A stretch of 64,000 nucleotides of DNA from a virus (taxonomy: Duplodnaviria > Caudoviricetes). The notes under the pieces are model-generated. The model made no database searches and had not been told where the DNA came from. It saw only the letters and a list, made by a program, of their open reading frames with translations. Position numbers and translations under genes: made by a program. Of the stretch, positions 23,969-34,334 are shown in pieces (positions within the stretch are counted from its first letter, which is position 1; each line of letters begins with the position of its first letter). The DNA lies in the IMG/VR virus record IMGVR_UViG_3300038412_000035, positions 3,628-67,627 of that record. One strand, 5' to 3'.

Positions 23969-25483
23969 ATGGACTTCGGTGTTGGGCTCCCATCTCTTGA
24001 CCTTATCATCGAAGAGCGCAACAAGCGCTTCGTCACTCGCCAGCAGGGAAGAGAGATAGCAACCAACGCAAGAGCAGCCTCATCACTTGAGGCATTCATT
24101 CAGGCAACGCTGCCTGGATACAAGTTTGGTTGGTTCAACATCGACATATGCCAGAGGCTTGATCGCTTCTATGAAGCTGTATTGCGCGGCGAAAGGCCGC
24201 GCATGATGCTCTTCGCCCCGCCTCGGCATGGCAAGACTGAGATTGTATCAAGGAAGTTCCCTGCATTCGTCCTTGGCAAGTCGCCAGACACTACCATCAT
24301 ATCAACCAGCTACAGCGCTGCTCTCGCTGATTCAATCAATCGCGACATACAGCGAACAATCGACTCAGATGAGTACAGGCGCATCTTTCCTGAGACGACA
24401 CTTGCGAAGCCTGGTGCTGTTAGTCGATGGGCGCGGCGCGGCGATCTGTTTGAGATTGTCAACCATCGCGGATCGTACAGAAGTGCTGGCGTTGGTGGTG
24501 GTATCACCGGCATGGGCGGCCATATCTTGATTGTTGACGATCCAATAAAGGACGCAGCCGAAGCACAGAGTGAAGTCATCCGCGAGTCAATTTGGGATTG
24601 GTACAGGACCACCTTCTATTCCCGTCAAGCGCCGGGTGCTGGCATCCTACTGATCATGACTCGTTGGCACACTGATGACTTGGCTGGTCGTTTGATTGAA
24701 GCCCAATCATCAGGCGGCGACAAGTGGGACATTGTAAGTTATCCCGCAATCGCCGAAGAGGATGAGCTGTACCGGCTGGAAGGCGAAGCGCTCCACCCAG
24801 AGCGCTATGACCTTGATGCTCTGAAGCAGATTGAATCGACGCTTGGCAGTCATGCCTGGTCGGCTTTGTATCAGCAGCACCCAGTCTCGCGCGATGGCGC
24901 GATGTTCAAGCGTGGTTGGTTTGACATTGTACCAGCTGCGCCTGCTGACGCGGATCGTGCTAGGGCGTGGGACTTGGCTGCTACCGCTGGCGGCGGTGAT
25001 TGGACTGCTGGAGTCAAGATGGCGCGTGATCGCCATGGCGTTTACTACATTGAGCATGTTGAGAGGTTCCGGGGCTCCGCGCTCGATGTTCGCCGCTCCA
25101 TTCAATCATACGCTGAGCAAGACGGAAGGCGCGTCCAGATAAGGCTTCCCCAAGATCCAGGCCAAGCCGGCAAGGATCAGGCTGAAGGGATGGTTCGCGA
25201 CCTAGCAGGTTACGTTGTGCACACGATCAGAGAGACAGGCTCCAAAGAGGTTCGTGCGATGCCGTTCGCGGCCCAGTGCGAAGCGAGGAATGTCAAGCTG
25301 GTTGCTGGCCATTGGAATGAGGCTTTCTTGTCTGAGCTGGAGACATTCCCATCAGGCAAGCATGACGATCAGGTTGATGCAGCAGCAGCGGCATTTGAGC
25401 GTCTATCATCCTCAGTCTACAATGTGCGTGTGAGTGATGAGGCTGTGCGAAGGTTGGAGATGTTCGGAATGTATGGTAGATGA
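23969..25483 (+). CDS. terL: Terminase large subunit
   Basis: PPRHGKT, LIVDDPIKD, MTRWH.DDL, RAWDLA, HDDQVDA. Confidence 0.95.
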   Translation: MDFGVGLPSLDLIIEERNKRFVTRQQGREIATNARAASSLEAFIQATLPGYKFGWFNIDICQRLDRFYEAVLRGERPRMMLFAPPRHGKTEIVSRKFPAFVLGKSPDTTIISTSYSAALADSINRDIQRTIDSDEYRRIFPETTLAKPGAVSRWARRGDLFEIVNHRGSYRSAGVGGGITGMGGHILIVDDPIKDAAEAQSEVIRESIWDWYRTTFYSRQAPGAGILLIMTRWHTDDLAGRLIEAQSSGGDKWDIVSYPAIAEEDELYRLEGEALHPERYDLDALKQIESTLGSHAWSALYQQHPVSRDGAMFKRGWFDIVPAAPADADRARAWDLAATAGGGDWTAGVKMARDRHGVYYIEHVERFRGSALDVRRSIQSYAEQDGRRVQIRLPQDPGQAGKDQAEGMVRDLAGYVVHTIRETGSKEVRAMPFAAQCEARNVKLVAGHWNEAFLSELETFPSGKHDDQVDAAAAAFERLSSSVYNVRVSDEAVRRLEMFGMYGR

Positions 25484-27249
25484 GCGCTCGCCGGAAGCAC
25501 AAGAGCAAGAGCAAGTTGAGGTTGGTGGTTGATCAGCAGACAGCTGCCCAACCAATCAAGCTTGATGTTCACGTGTCTGATGCTGCTGTACGAACAATCA
25601 ATCAAGTAAAGCCTCAACCAACTCCACAATGGTTCAAGCCTGCTCAGCCGCTGCCTGGTGTGATTCCGTCCGGTTCCAAGAGCATGGCGATGGACGATGT
25701 TACAACATCGTCATCATTCAATACATGGGCATTCGCTGCTTGGGCTGGAGCAGAGGAAGGCCAGCAGTTCCTTGGTTTCCCGCTCCTGTCGATCCTCGCT
25801 CAGCGCGGCGAATATCGGCTGATGGCTGAGACATTGGCCACTGAAGCAACCAGGAACTGGATCAAATTTGAAGTCGCTGATGGCGATGACCGCGCGACAC
25901 GGATCAAGGAGATTGAGGCTGAGATCATCCGCATTGATCTCAAGAACAAGAGCAGAAAGGCTATCGAGCATGATTGTTTGTTCGGCCGCGCTCATTGGTT
26001 CGTCTTCTTGGGTGATGATGATGGTACAGAGCTATCAAGCAGTATAGGCGATGGCACATCAGACCTATCAAAGAGGAAGGTGACGAAAGGCTCGCAACTC
26101 GATGTTCGATTGGTTGAGCCTGTTTGGTGCTATCCTCAATCATACAATTCAACCAATGTCCTCGCAGCGGACTTCTACAAGCCACAGTCGTGGTTCGCTC
26201 TTGGTGTTCCGGTTCACGGCACTCGCCTTCTGACGTTCGTCGCTCGCGAGGTTCCAGACATCCTCAAGGCAGCATACGCATTCGCCGGCCTGAGCCTGAC
26301 GCAGATGTCTCGGCCATACGTTGATAATTGGTTGGACACCAGACAAGCAGTCACGAACATCATCAAAGCATTCACCACCTTCGTGCTGAAGACTGGCATG
26401 AGAGATGTGCTGGCAAGCGGCAATGGTGATAGCTTGGCCAATCGTCTTCGCGTCTTCAATACAACCAGGACCAATGTTGGTGTGCTGGCGATTGATAAAG
26501 ACTTGGAGGATTTCCTCAGCGTTTCCGCGCCAATCGCTGGTCTGGAAGGGATCGAGGCGAAGGCTCAAGAGCAGATGGCTTCCATCTCTCAAATCCCACT
26601 CGTCAAGCTCACTGGTATTTCGCCATCAGGACTCAATGCCTCAGGCGAAACGGAGATGGAGTGCTGGGAAGACAGAGTGCTTGCGTTTCAGGAAGCCTTC
26701 CTGCGGCCCAACCTTGAGAGGGTAATCCGCTTCATCCAGCTATCAAAGTTTGGTGATGCGGATCCATCAATCAGGTTTAGCTTCGTGCCTCTGTCTGAGA
26801 TGACTGAGCTTGAGAAGGCTGAGCTCAGGAAGATCGATGCAGAGACAGGCGAAGTCCTTGTGCGGTCCAAGGCCATTTCCTCTCAGGAAGAGCGTGAGCG
26901 CATCTCGCGCGACCACACTGGCCCTTATTCATCAATCAAGGAAGGCGCTGACGTCGAATATCCGATGACTGAAGTTGAGAAGGCTCAAGTCACCCAATCA
27001 ATCTCGGCCGCGATTTCGTCTTTGTTTGGTGACGGGATCATCGACGCCGCTTCGGCGCTTCGCGAGATCAAAGCCTATTCAGTCAGCACCGGCTTCGGAA
27101 CAACCATCACTGAAGAGGACATCAAGAAGGCTGCGCTTGAGCCTCCTATGCCTGGTGAGGAAGATGGTTCTGAGGATGATACAAAGATGGTCGGCGAAGA
27201 GCGCTCAGCAGCGCCATCAACCACAAAGGGAGTGAGGGCTGAGGCTTGA
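25480..27249 (+). CDS. Portal protein (DUF1073 type)
   Basis: Position after terL; IPLVKLTGISPSGLNASGE motif. Confidence 0.9.
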   Translation: MSARRKHKSKSKLRLVVDQQTAAQPIKLDVHVSDAAVRTINQVKPQPTPQWFKPAQPLPGVIPSGSKSMAMDDVTTSSSFNTWAFAAWAGAEEGQQFLGFPLLSILAQRGEYRLMAETLATEATRNWIKFEVADGDDRATRIKEIEAEIIRIDLKNKSRKAIEHDCLFGRAHWFVFLGDDDGTELSSSIGDGTSDLSKRKVTKGSQLDVRLVEPVWCYPQSYNSTNVLAADFYKPQSWFALGVPVHGTRLLTFVAREVPDILKAAYAFAGLSLTQMSRPYVDNWLDTRQAVTNIIKAFTTFVLKTGMRDVLASGNGDSLANRLRVFNTTRTNVGVLAIDKDLEDFLSVSAPIAGLEGIEAKAQEQMASISQIPLVKLTGISPSGLNASGETEMECWEDRVLAFQEAFLRPNLERVIRFIQLSKFGDADPSIRFSFVPLSEMTELEKAELRKIDAETGEVLVRSKAISSQEERERISRDHTGPYSSIKEGADVEYPMTEVEKAQVTQSISAAISSLFGDGIIDAASALREIKAYSVSTGFGTTITEEDIKKAALEPPMPGEEDGSEDDTKMVGEERSAAPSTTKGVRAEA

Positions 27250-28025
27250 GCGCGCTCGCTCGCCTTGACCTAGCATTTGATCGGAATATCAAGACGCCTG
27301 CGGGCAATGCCTGGAAGAGGGCGAAGGCGACTGAGCACAGATACGCTCGACAGTTGAGGAAGATCGCTCAGCATGTCAGCGATCTGATCTCAGCCTTCGA
27401 TCCATCTCAACCAGGCGTCACAGAGCAGATCGAAATGCAGCTTGAGCAGTACGCTCAGTTGATTGATCCATGGGCAAAGGCAGTCTCTCAGCGGATGATT
27501 GCTGAGGTGAACTCTCGTGATCGCCAAGCGTGGCGCGAGACTGGTGAGAAGATTGGTCGCAATCTTCGTCGCGAGATTGAAGATGCTCCTGTTGGGAGAG
27601 TGATGCGTGAGTTGCTTGATGAGCAAACATCGCTCATCACCAGCATCCCGCGAAAGGCCGCTGAGCGAGTGCGGGCTGTTACTCTCAAGGGGATCAGCGA
27701 AGGTCTGCGGCCGGCTGCGTATGTCGATGACATCATGCGCACAGGCCATGTAACGAAGTCGCGAGCGACTTTGATTGCTCGCACAGAAGTCGCTCGCACA
27801 GCGTCGATGCTCACTCAAGTGAGAGCAGAAAGCGTTGGTGCTACTCACTATATTTGGACAACGGCTGGCGACAGCAATGTTCGTCCATCGCACAAGAAGC
27901 TCAATGGCAAGGTGTTTGCGTTTGCCGATCCGCCTGTTTGTGATCCGCCTGACCACCGCGCAAACCCAGGCCAGATATGGAACTGCCGATGCATCGCTCG
28001 CCCAATCATTCCAGAGATTGATTGA
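27246..28025 (+). CDS. Head morphogenesis protein (SPP1 gp7/MuF)
   Basis: RATLIARTE..YIW.TAGD..VRPSH..PGQIWNCRC. Confidence 0.9.
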   Translation: MSALARLDLAFDRNIKTPAGNAWKRAKATEHRYARQLRKIAQHVSDLISAFDPSQPGVTEQIEMQLEQYAQLIDPWAKAVSQRMIAEVNSRDRQAWRETGEKIGRNLRREIEDAPVGRVMRELLDEQTSLITSIPRKAAERVRAVTLKGISEGLRPAAYVDDIMRTGHVTKSRATLIARTEVARTASMLTQVRAESVGATHYIWTTAGDSNVRPSHKKLNGKVFAFADPPVCDPPDHRANPGQIWNCRCIARPIIPEID

Positions 28026-29926
28026 TGCCTCTGAAGAGCGGCTCATCTCATGAAGCCATATCAGCGAACATCGCTGAGTTGATTCGCGCTGGCCACCCGC
28101 AGAAGCAGGCTGAGGCTATCGCCTTCGCTCACGCGCGCGGCGACGCTTACAAGGAACCAAAGACAGCGGCCGGCATCGTCTTTCAGAATGATGATGGTGA
28201 AGTTCTGCTTCTGAAGCGTTCAACCAAAGAGAAGAATTACGCCAAACATTGGTCACTTCCTGGCGGAGGAAGCGACGATGGTGAGTCACCAGAAGAGACG
28301 GCGCGGCGCGAGACGCGCGAGGAAACAGGATACAACCCCACAGGCAGCCTTGAGCCTTTGTCGAGGCGAGTGTCGCCGACAGGCATTCAGTATCACACAT
28401 TCCGTGCTCGTGTATCAGACAAGTTCCAACCAGAGTTGAATGAAGAGCACGATGACTTTGGTTGGTTCTCACCTGATGATCTGCCTTCGCCGATGCACCC
28501 ATCAGTGAAAGCTGTTTTGGATGAGCACATGAAGAAGGCGATGGACAATCAAACAGATGCGATGGACAGCATCGCGCTTGATGTGTCTGTTCGGTCATTT
28601 GATACAGATGGCCACCTTCACATTGAGACAGCAAACATCAGCCGCGCTGCGGTCAATGGTTACTATGGGCGCGAAATCCCTGGCGGAGCGGCGCGCGGCC
28701 TAGAGCCAGACAGGCTGTACAAGCTGTTCCGCGATCCGAATGAGTTGGAGAAGGCTGCGCCATCCTTCGCCGGCAAGCCGATCCTCATCACTCATACACC
28801 AGCAGACGCTGACGCTCATCCATTCAACAAGGTTGTTGGTTCCATAGGAAATGACGTCAGATTTGAGACGCCATTTCTGAAGGCATCTCTCTCAATCTGG
28901 CCTCGCGAGGCGATTGATGGGATTGAGAGCGGCGCGCGCCGCGCGCTGTCTTGTGGATACCGCTATGTTCCTGTGTGGGAGCCTGGCGTGTTTGAAGGCG
29001 AGCCATATGACGCTCGCATGACTGAGATCGAGGGCAACCACCTTGCCCTTGTGGCGGAGGGCCGCGCTGGGCCTGATGTGATAATCGGCGACCATCAACC
29101 AAAGGAAGGCAACTGCCCTCCCCAAATGGAGATGAATATGTCTGCAATTGTTCTTTCTCGCAAGGCCAATCTCGTTCACGGCGCGGTGATTGGTTATGTC
29201 AAGCCACTGCTCGCCGGTGATTCGCTGCTTGATCTGACGAGTGCGTTCACAGGCATCAATCACTCAAACTTCGTCTCTTCTCGGCCAACCATTGCTGGCG
29301 CAATCGCTGAGAAGCTCAACGGCAAGCTCGCCTCTGGCAAGGCGCTCGATGGCCTTCCTGCCTTCCTCGCGGCATTCGACGCCATGAACCCGGCTGAGGA
29401 TGAAGAGGAAAATGACGACGACAAGCGCAAGCGCGAAGAGGAAGAGAAGAAGGCCAAGGACAAGCGCGCGAAGGACGCCGAAGAGGAAGAGAAGCGCGAA
29501 GAGGAAGAGAAGAAGGCCAAGGACAAGCGCGCGAAGGACGCTGAGGAAGAAGAAGAGAAGCGCAAGGAAAAGGCCATGGACGCGGCGATTCAGAAGTCAA
29601 CTGAGGCCGCTGCGAAGGCAGCTGAGGATCATGTGATTGCTCGCTTCAAAGAGCGCGACGCGGCGCGTGAGTTGGTTGAATCGGCGTTCGGCAAGTTCCA
29701 GGCATTCGACAGCGCTGAGGAATACTATCGCGCTGGCCTGAAGGCTTTGAATGTGGCCGGCACTGATGAGCTTCCTGTCGCAGCTCTCAAGACAACCTTC
29801 GCCGCTGTCGCGAAGATCGCCAAGGAAAGCGCGCCGCGCGTCAATCCCGTCAACCAGGCGATGGACGCTTCGGCCAATAAGGCTTACAATGAGCGCTTCC
29901 CTCATGCCAATCGGCTGATGAAGTAA
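28025..29926 (+). CDS. NUDIX hydrolase-DUF2213 head maturation protease/scaffold fusion
   Basis: NUDIX box GGGSDDGESPEETARRETREETG; DUF2213 LSCGY..GNHLALV..GRAG; KE-rich scaffold tail. Confidence 0.85.
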   Translation: MPLKSGSSHEAISANIAELIRAGHPQKQAEAIAFAHARGDAYKEPKTAAGIVFQNDDGEVLLLKRSTKEKNYAKHWSLPGGGSDDGESPEETARRETREETGYNPTGSLEPLSRRVSPTGIQYHTFRARVSDKFQPELNEEHDDFGWFSPDDLPSPMHPSVKAVLDEHMKKAMDNQTDAMDSIALDVSVRSFDTDGHLHIETANISRAAVNGYYGREIPGGAARGLEPDRLYKLFRDPNELEKAAPSFAGKPILITHTPADADAHPFNKVVGSIGNDVRFETPFLKASLSIWPREAIDGIESGARRALSCGYRYVPVWEPGVFEGEPYDARMTEIEGNHLALVAEGRAGPDVIIGDHQPKEGNCPPQMEMNMSAIVLSRKANLVHGAVIGYVKPLLAGDSLLDLTSAFTGINHSNFVSSRPTIAGAIAEKLNGKLASGKALDGLPAFLAAFDAMNPAEDEEENDDDKRKREEEEKKAKDKRAKDAEEEEKREEEEKKAKDKRAKDAEEEEEKRKEKAMDAAIQKSTEAAAKAAEDHVIARFKERDAARELVESAFGKFQAFDSAEEYYRAGLKALNVAGTDELPVAALKTTFAAVAKIAKESAPRVNPVNQAMDASANKAYNERFPHANRLMK

Positions 29927-29965
29927 TCATCAGTCAACCTCAATCCTTCTCTCGGAGAAACAAAC

Positions 29966-30487
29966 ATGCCTTTCCCCACTTCAGTCAATATCACTCAGGC
30001 TCCTGCCGTTGCCGGTGACTTCGCGTCATCCAACCCGCGCAATGCCGTCACAAGCAACGTCAGTGGTTGGACTGCCGGCTCTGGCGGCGTCGCTGTTGGA
30101 ACATTCGCTTGGGGCGATCTCACCTCAACTGATTCAGTCCTCTCTCAGGGCGGCACTGGCGTTCCTACAGGCTTTGTCGCTCGCGAGTTGGGTGATGCGC
30201 TCATCACGACGTATCTGTCTGAAACAGGCAACGTCATCCCGCAGGGCTTCCCTGTTCCGCTCTTCAATGCGGGCGACTTCTGGGTGAACAACAGCGGCTC
30301 TGGCGCTGCCGCAATCGGCATGAAGGCTTATGCCAACCTCACGACTGGTGTCGTGTTGTTTGATGCGACAGGCCAGGTCGGATCGCACTCTGGCTATGTC
30401 GAAACCAAATTCTATTGCGTTGGTTGGGGTGGTGGTACCGGCGCGCAGAATGAACTCGTGATCATCAGCGACAAGTCGCTTGATTGA
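29966..30487 (+). CDS. Capsid decoration/cement protein
   Basis: Position between scaffold and capsid; PAVAGDFAS.NP motif. Confidence 0.7.
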   Translation: MPFPTSVNITQAPAVAGDFASSNPRNAVTSNVSGWTAGSGGVAVGTFAWGDLTSTDSVLSQGGTGVPTGFVARELGDALITTYLSETGNVIPQGFPVPLFNAGDFWVNNSGSGAAAIGMKAYANLTTGVVLFDATGQVGSHSGYVETKFYCVGWGGGTGAQNELVIISDKSLD

Positions 30488-30526
30488 TAGTCAACCATCC
30501 ACCTCAGCCACAGCAAGGAATTGAAC

Positions 30527-31576
30527 ATGTTCACAGTAAATCGCAACCCTGATTTTGCTCGCCTTGAGTCTGATTGGGGCATCCATCTTATGGCAACTGA
30601 TTGGTTGCCTGAGGATCGCGCTGCCGCTATTCAGGCTATGGACGCTCAGCCAGGCCTCGTCACAGTCGGCAGTGCTGGCATTCCGGCGATGATGACAACG
30701 TATGTGGACCCTGAAGTGGTCCGCGTCCTTCAGGCTCCAAACCAGGGCGCTGATATCCTTGGCGAGCAGAAGACTGGTGATTGGACGACAACCACCGCGA
30801 TGTTCCCGGTGGTTGAGAACACCGGCACTGTGTCGGCGTACAGTGATCGGAATGTCAATGGCCGTTCTGATGCCAACGCCACCTTCCCCCAGCGCCAGAG
30901 CTTCCACTTCCAGACAATGATCGGCGTTGGTGATCGCGAGGCGGCGATGGCCGGTGCTGCTCGTCTCAACTGGATCCAGGAGAAGCAGGTCAGTGCCGCG
31001 AAGACGCTTGACAAGTTCATGGACTACATCTATCACAATGGCGTGAGTGGTCTTCAGAACTACGGGCTGCTGAATGATCCGGCTCTGCCGGCCGCTCTCA
31101 CTCCATCAACCAAGGTCGCTGGCGGCGTGACATGGAACACAGCCACTGGCGCTCCGAATGCGCAGGCGATGGAAATCTACAACGACATCCAGACGCTTGC
31201 CACCAATCTCTTCATCAACTCAAAGGGCATCATCACCGCGAAAACCCGCATGACGCTCGCGATGGCTCCGCAGAGCGAAGGCGCGCTTCTCGCGACCAAC
31301 CAGTTTGGTTATTCGGTGTATGACCTGATCAAGAAGGCATATCCGAATATGACCACCAAGACATCAGCGCGCTATGCGACTGCTGGTGGCAATCTCGTTC
31401 AGCTGATTGCTGACGAGTTTGATGGCGCGAAGACTGGCTACTGCGCCTTCACTGAGAAGCTGCGCGACCACCCGGTGGTTCGTCAGGCTTCCTCATGGGA
31501 GCAGAAGAAGACAAGCGGTGCTTGGGGAGCAATCATCCGCTATCCGATTGCGATTGCTCAAATGCTGGGGGTGTAA
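30527..31576 (+). CDS. Major capsid protein (DUF2184 type)
   Basis: GDW.T..F..E..G..Y.D; GL..YGLLNDP; G.IIRYP. Confidence 0.9.
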   Translation: MFTVNRNPDFARLESDWGIHLMATDWLPEDRAAAIQAMDAQPGLVTVGSAGIPAMMTTYVDPEVVRVLQAPNQGADILGEQKTGDWTTTTAMFPVVENTGTVSAYSDRNVNGRSDANATFPQRQSFHFQTMIGVGDREAAMAGAARLNWIQEKQVSAAKTLDKFMDYIYHNGVSGLQNYGLLNDPALPAALTPSTKVAGGVTWNTATGAPNAQAMEIYNDIQTLATNLFINSKGIITAKTRMTLAMAPQSEGALLATNQFGYSVYDLIKKAYPNMTTKTSARYATAGGNLVQLIADEFDGAKTGYCAFTEKLRDHPVVRQASSWEQKKTSGAWGAIIRYPIAIAQMLGV

Positions 31577-31577
31577 C

Positions 31578-32000
31578 ATGGGTGGAACAGTCACTGTCGC
31601 TTCAAAACTTCCGATGACCCTGGTGATCTCTCTTGAAGAGAAGAGAGATCACCAGGAAGCAACGCCGATGGGTCAAATCACAGTGACTCGTTACCACCGT
31701 CTTCCAAAGACGGTATCAATCAAGGGCATTGCGCGTCCATTCGGTGAACCAGGCAGCCCATTGTCAAATGGTTTCGCCCTCACTCACGGAGTGGACGCCG
31801 ACTTCTGGAAGGCTTGGTTGGAGGCTCACGAGGATTATGAGCCTGTCGCCAAAGGCCTGATCTTCGCTGTCGAGAAGCCGGCTGATGCCATTTCCGAGAC
31901 AAAGAACTATGCTCGGAATTTGTCTGGCTTTGAGCCTCTCGATCCAAACAGCATCCCTGCCGAGTTCAATCAAGGCGGCCTTGAAATCAAGGCTGCCTGA
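31578..32000 (+). CDS. Virion-associated protein
   Basis: VTVASKLP..G.ALT.GVD.DFW..W pattern following the capsid gene. Confidence 0.7.
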   Translation: MGGTVTVASKLPMTLVISLEEKRDHQEATPMGQITVTRYHRLPKTVSIKGIARPFGEPGSPLSNGFALTHGVDADFWKAWLEAHEDYEPVAKGLIFAVEKPADAISETKNYARNLSGFEPLDPNSIPAEFNQGGLEIKAA

Positions 32001-32022
32001 TCTGGCCTGAGGAGACACCACA

Positions 32023-32631
32023 TTGGCCTTCAACATCTTCGCAAACGTGGGAGACATCCCATCAAACGAGCTTCCTTCAGACACCGCAGTTCAGACAGGC
32101 GGCGCTGGACCGAAGGCAGCTTCAGTCAAATGCTCAGGCAATCTCTGGAGCCAAGTGTTCGCTGGCGGCTCACCGCCTGCAGGGATCAACGCAGACTATG
32201 TCGTGGCAGTGGCTTCGATCCCTGCAGCCGCATTCGATGCTGCCGGAAGGACCATCGACATCACCGCGTTCGGCTCATTCGCCGCCAATGCTGATTCAAA
32301 GACGGCCAAGCTGATTGTCAATCCGACGACAGCGAACATTGGCTCTGCGGTGGTTGGTGGTACAACCATCGCCTCAACTGGCGCCGTTACAACCAATGGC
32401 GGCGGATGGAAGCTTGGAGCTTCAATCACAAAGACAGGCGCCAAGGGATCGAACACCCAGAACTCCTATCAGACAGAGGCTCAGACAGGCGCTGCTGTCG
32501 ATGCGCTCCAGGCGCCTTCTGCTCTCACGCTCAATGAGAGCAACACAATCACAGTCGCTCTCACAATCGACGCGGTCACGACTGCGACTGATTGTGAGGT
32601 CTGGTCATTCAAAGGCCGCTGGTCGAACTGA
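32023..32631 (+). CDS. Putative virion structural protein
   Basis: TTG start with AGGAG SD; Gly/Ala/Thr-rich. Confidence 0.6.
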   Translation: MAFNIFANVGDIPSNELPSDTAVQTGGAGPKAASVKCSGNLWSQVFAGGSPPAGINADYVVAVASIPAAAFDAAGRTIDITAFGSFAANADSKTAKLIVNPTTANIGSAVVGGTTIASTGAVTTNGGGWKLGASITKTGAKGSNTQNSYQTEAQTGAAVDALQAPSALTLNESNTITVALTIDAVTTATDCEVWSFKGRWSN

Positions 32632-33065
32632 TGGCTGACCTCGCCACATTCACGAGCATATTCCCAGAGTTCAATTCTTGGGTTTCAACCAACGGTGGCG
32701 GCGCGACCTTTTGGTTGACTCAGGCTCAAGCATCTCTGGCGCTTGGCGCTCTTGGATCCAATGCTGATCTTGCAGTTTATCTGTTCATGGCGCACAACAT
32801 CGTCCTTGGGCAGCAAGACTTGCAAGATCAGCAGGCAGGCGACTTGCCTGGTGGCACTCTTGGGCCTATCTCTTCAAAGTCAGTTGGCCCTGTGAGTGTC
32901 TCATATGATACATCCGGCCTCGCTGATCCGAAGGCTAGAGCGTACAATGCCACGAGCTACGGTCAGCGCCTGTGGGCGCTTCTGACTGCGGCGGCGATGG
33001 GCGGCGTGTATGCGGCGAAGCCAAATCGCCCTCACGTCTATAACGTCATCAGGACTTGGCCTTGA
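32631..33065 (+). CDS. Head-tail connector (DUF4054)
   Basis: F..FPEF..L.MAH..SKSVG.VSVSYD..T.YGQ. Confidence 0.8.
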   Translation: MADLATFTSIFPEFNSWVSTNGGGATFWLTQAQASLALGALGSNADLAVYLFMAHNIVLGQQDLQDQQAGDLPGGTLGPISSKSVGPVSVSYDTSGLADPKARAYNATSYGQRLWALLTAAAMGGVYAAKPNRPHVYNVIRTWP

Positions 33066-33622
33066 CTGTTAAGGTCACAAAGGACAATGTCAACCTATTC
33101 GTTGATGCTGTTAGAAAGCTGACTGCGAAAGAGGTTCTTGTTGGTATTCCGAAGGCGAACGTAGACCGCCAACCAACGCCTGATGATCCAAATCCATCAG
33201 TCAACAACGCTGAACTCGGATACATTCACGAGTTTGGTGCGCCTGAGGCGAACATTCCTCCACGCCCTTTCCTGATCCCTGGCGTGAAGAGCATCCAGCC
33301 TCAATCGGTCAAGCGATTGAAGGCTGCTGCAAAGTTTGCTCTTGAAGGCAACCTGACTAAGGCTATGTCGCAGATGGATGCGCTTGGCCTCATCGCTCAG
33401 GAAGCAGTTCAGGTAAGGATCAAAGACGGCATTCCTCCGCCAATCAAAGAAGCGACGAAGATGGGTCGGCTGAGGCGGAAGACTTCATACAAGAACGCAA
33501 CCCCTGCTCGTAAGCGTAAGATGATGGAGAAGTGGCTCGCAGGCGACTTCACGCCGCTGATTGATACTGGCTCTCTCTATCAATCAATCACATACGTTGT
33601 AGCTGATAAGGGGAAGAAGTAA
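33056..33622 (+). CDS. Neck/tail completion protein
   Basis: HEFG..IPPRPFL..PLIDTG.L..SITY. Confidence 0.8.
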   Translation: MALTVKVTKDNVNLFVDAVRKLTAKEVLVGIPKANVDRQPTPDDPNPSVNNAELGYIHEFGAPEANIPPRPFLIPGVKSIQPQSVKRLKAAAKFALEGNLTKAMSQMDALGLIAQEAVQVRIKDGIPPPIKEATKMGRLRRKTSYKNATPARKRKMMEKWLAGDFTPLIDTGSLYQSITYVVADKGKK

Positions 33623-34005
33623 TGCCGAGGATCAATGTTGGATCTTTGGTGACTGATCCAGACTTCAGCGAAACATTTCAGGTCACGGTCCAGTACAACA
33701 CAATCACATCCGCTGGCGTTCAAACATCATTGTCAACCACAACGAGCAACGCTACAGGCGTTGTGACGCCAGGCAAGCAGGATTTGCGGCGTCTCGATGA
33801 TGGGACAAGAGTGAACGCTTACATAGATGTTTTCACCCAGTTCCCTCTTTCGACAGGAGGAAGGGTGAGTGATTCCGAGGAAAGAGTTGCTGATATTGTG
33901 ACGTGGAAGGGCAACAAATACGTTGTCGCGTCAATCAGAAATTTCAGCAACTACGGTTTCATTCAAGCATCTTGCGACCTCATCCAGATCAACCCTGGCG
34001 CCTAA
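33622..34005 (+). CDS. Head closure protein
   Basis: Position; D..F..V.W.G..Y.V. Confidence 0.65.
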   Translation: MPRINVGSLVTDPDFSETFQVTVQYNTITSAGVQTSLSTTTSNATGVVTPGKQDLRRLDDGTRVNAYIDVFTQFPLSTGGRVSDSEERVADIVTWKGNKYVVASIRNFSNYGFIQASCDLIQINPGA

Positions 34006-34019
34006 GATAGGAACCAAAC

Positions 34020-34331
34020 ATGCTCTCAATCGAAGACATCCACAACGCCTATCCACATTCAACCAACTTCGACAGCGAAAAAATTCAGCACTGGATCGAA
34101 GTTGCTGAGCATGCTCTTCCAGCAGAGCGGGTTGGCGATCCTCGATCGCACAACGCGGCGAAGATGCTGTTTGTTATGCACCACATGGAGAAGGGAGCGC
34201 GCGACCTTTCTGCGCCGCATGTTGTCGCGAGGATGTCGCTGCCTGGGCGACGCGCCGCGACTGTTCGTGCGCCTCACCCTTGGTCAGGCACGATCTATGG
34301 TGAGGCTCTCATCAAGTCAGTGCGCTTCTGA
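34020..34331 (+). CDS. Second, divergent DUF4054-like protein
   Basis: YP..F..I..W...A..L....ML..MHH..W..T.YG. Confidence 0.5.
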   Translation: MLSIEDIHNAYPHSTNFDSEKIQHWIEVAEHALPAERVGDPRSHNAAKMLFVMHHMEKGARDLSAPHVVARMSLPGRRAATVRAPHPWSGTIYGEALIKSVRF

Positions 34332-34334
34332 TCT

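Noticed and set aside
25480-27249. Anti-CBASS Acb1 annotation sometimes attached to DUF1073 proteins
   Set aside because: No HxT/HxS 2H-phosphoesterase domain is visible; size and position fit a plain portal.
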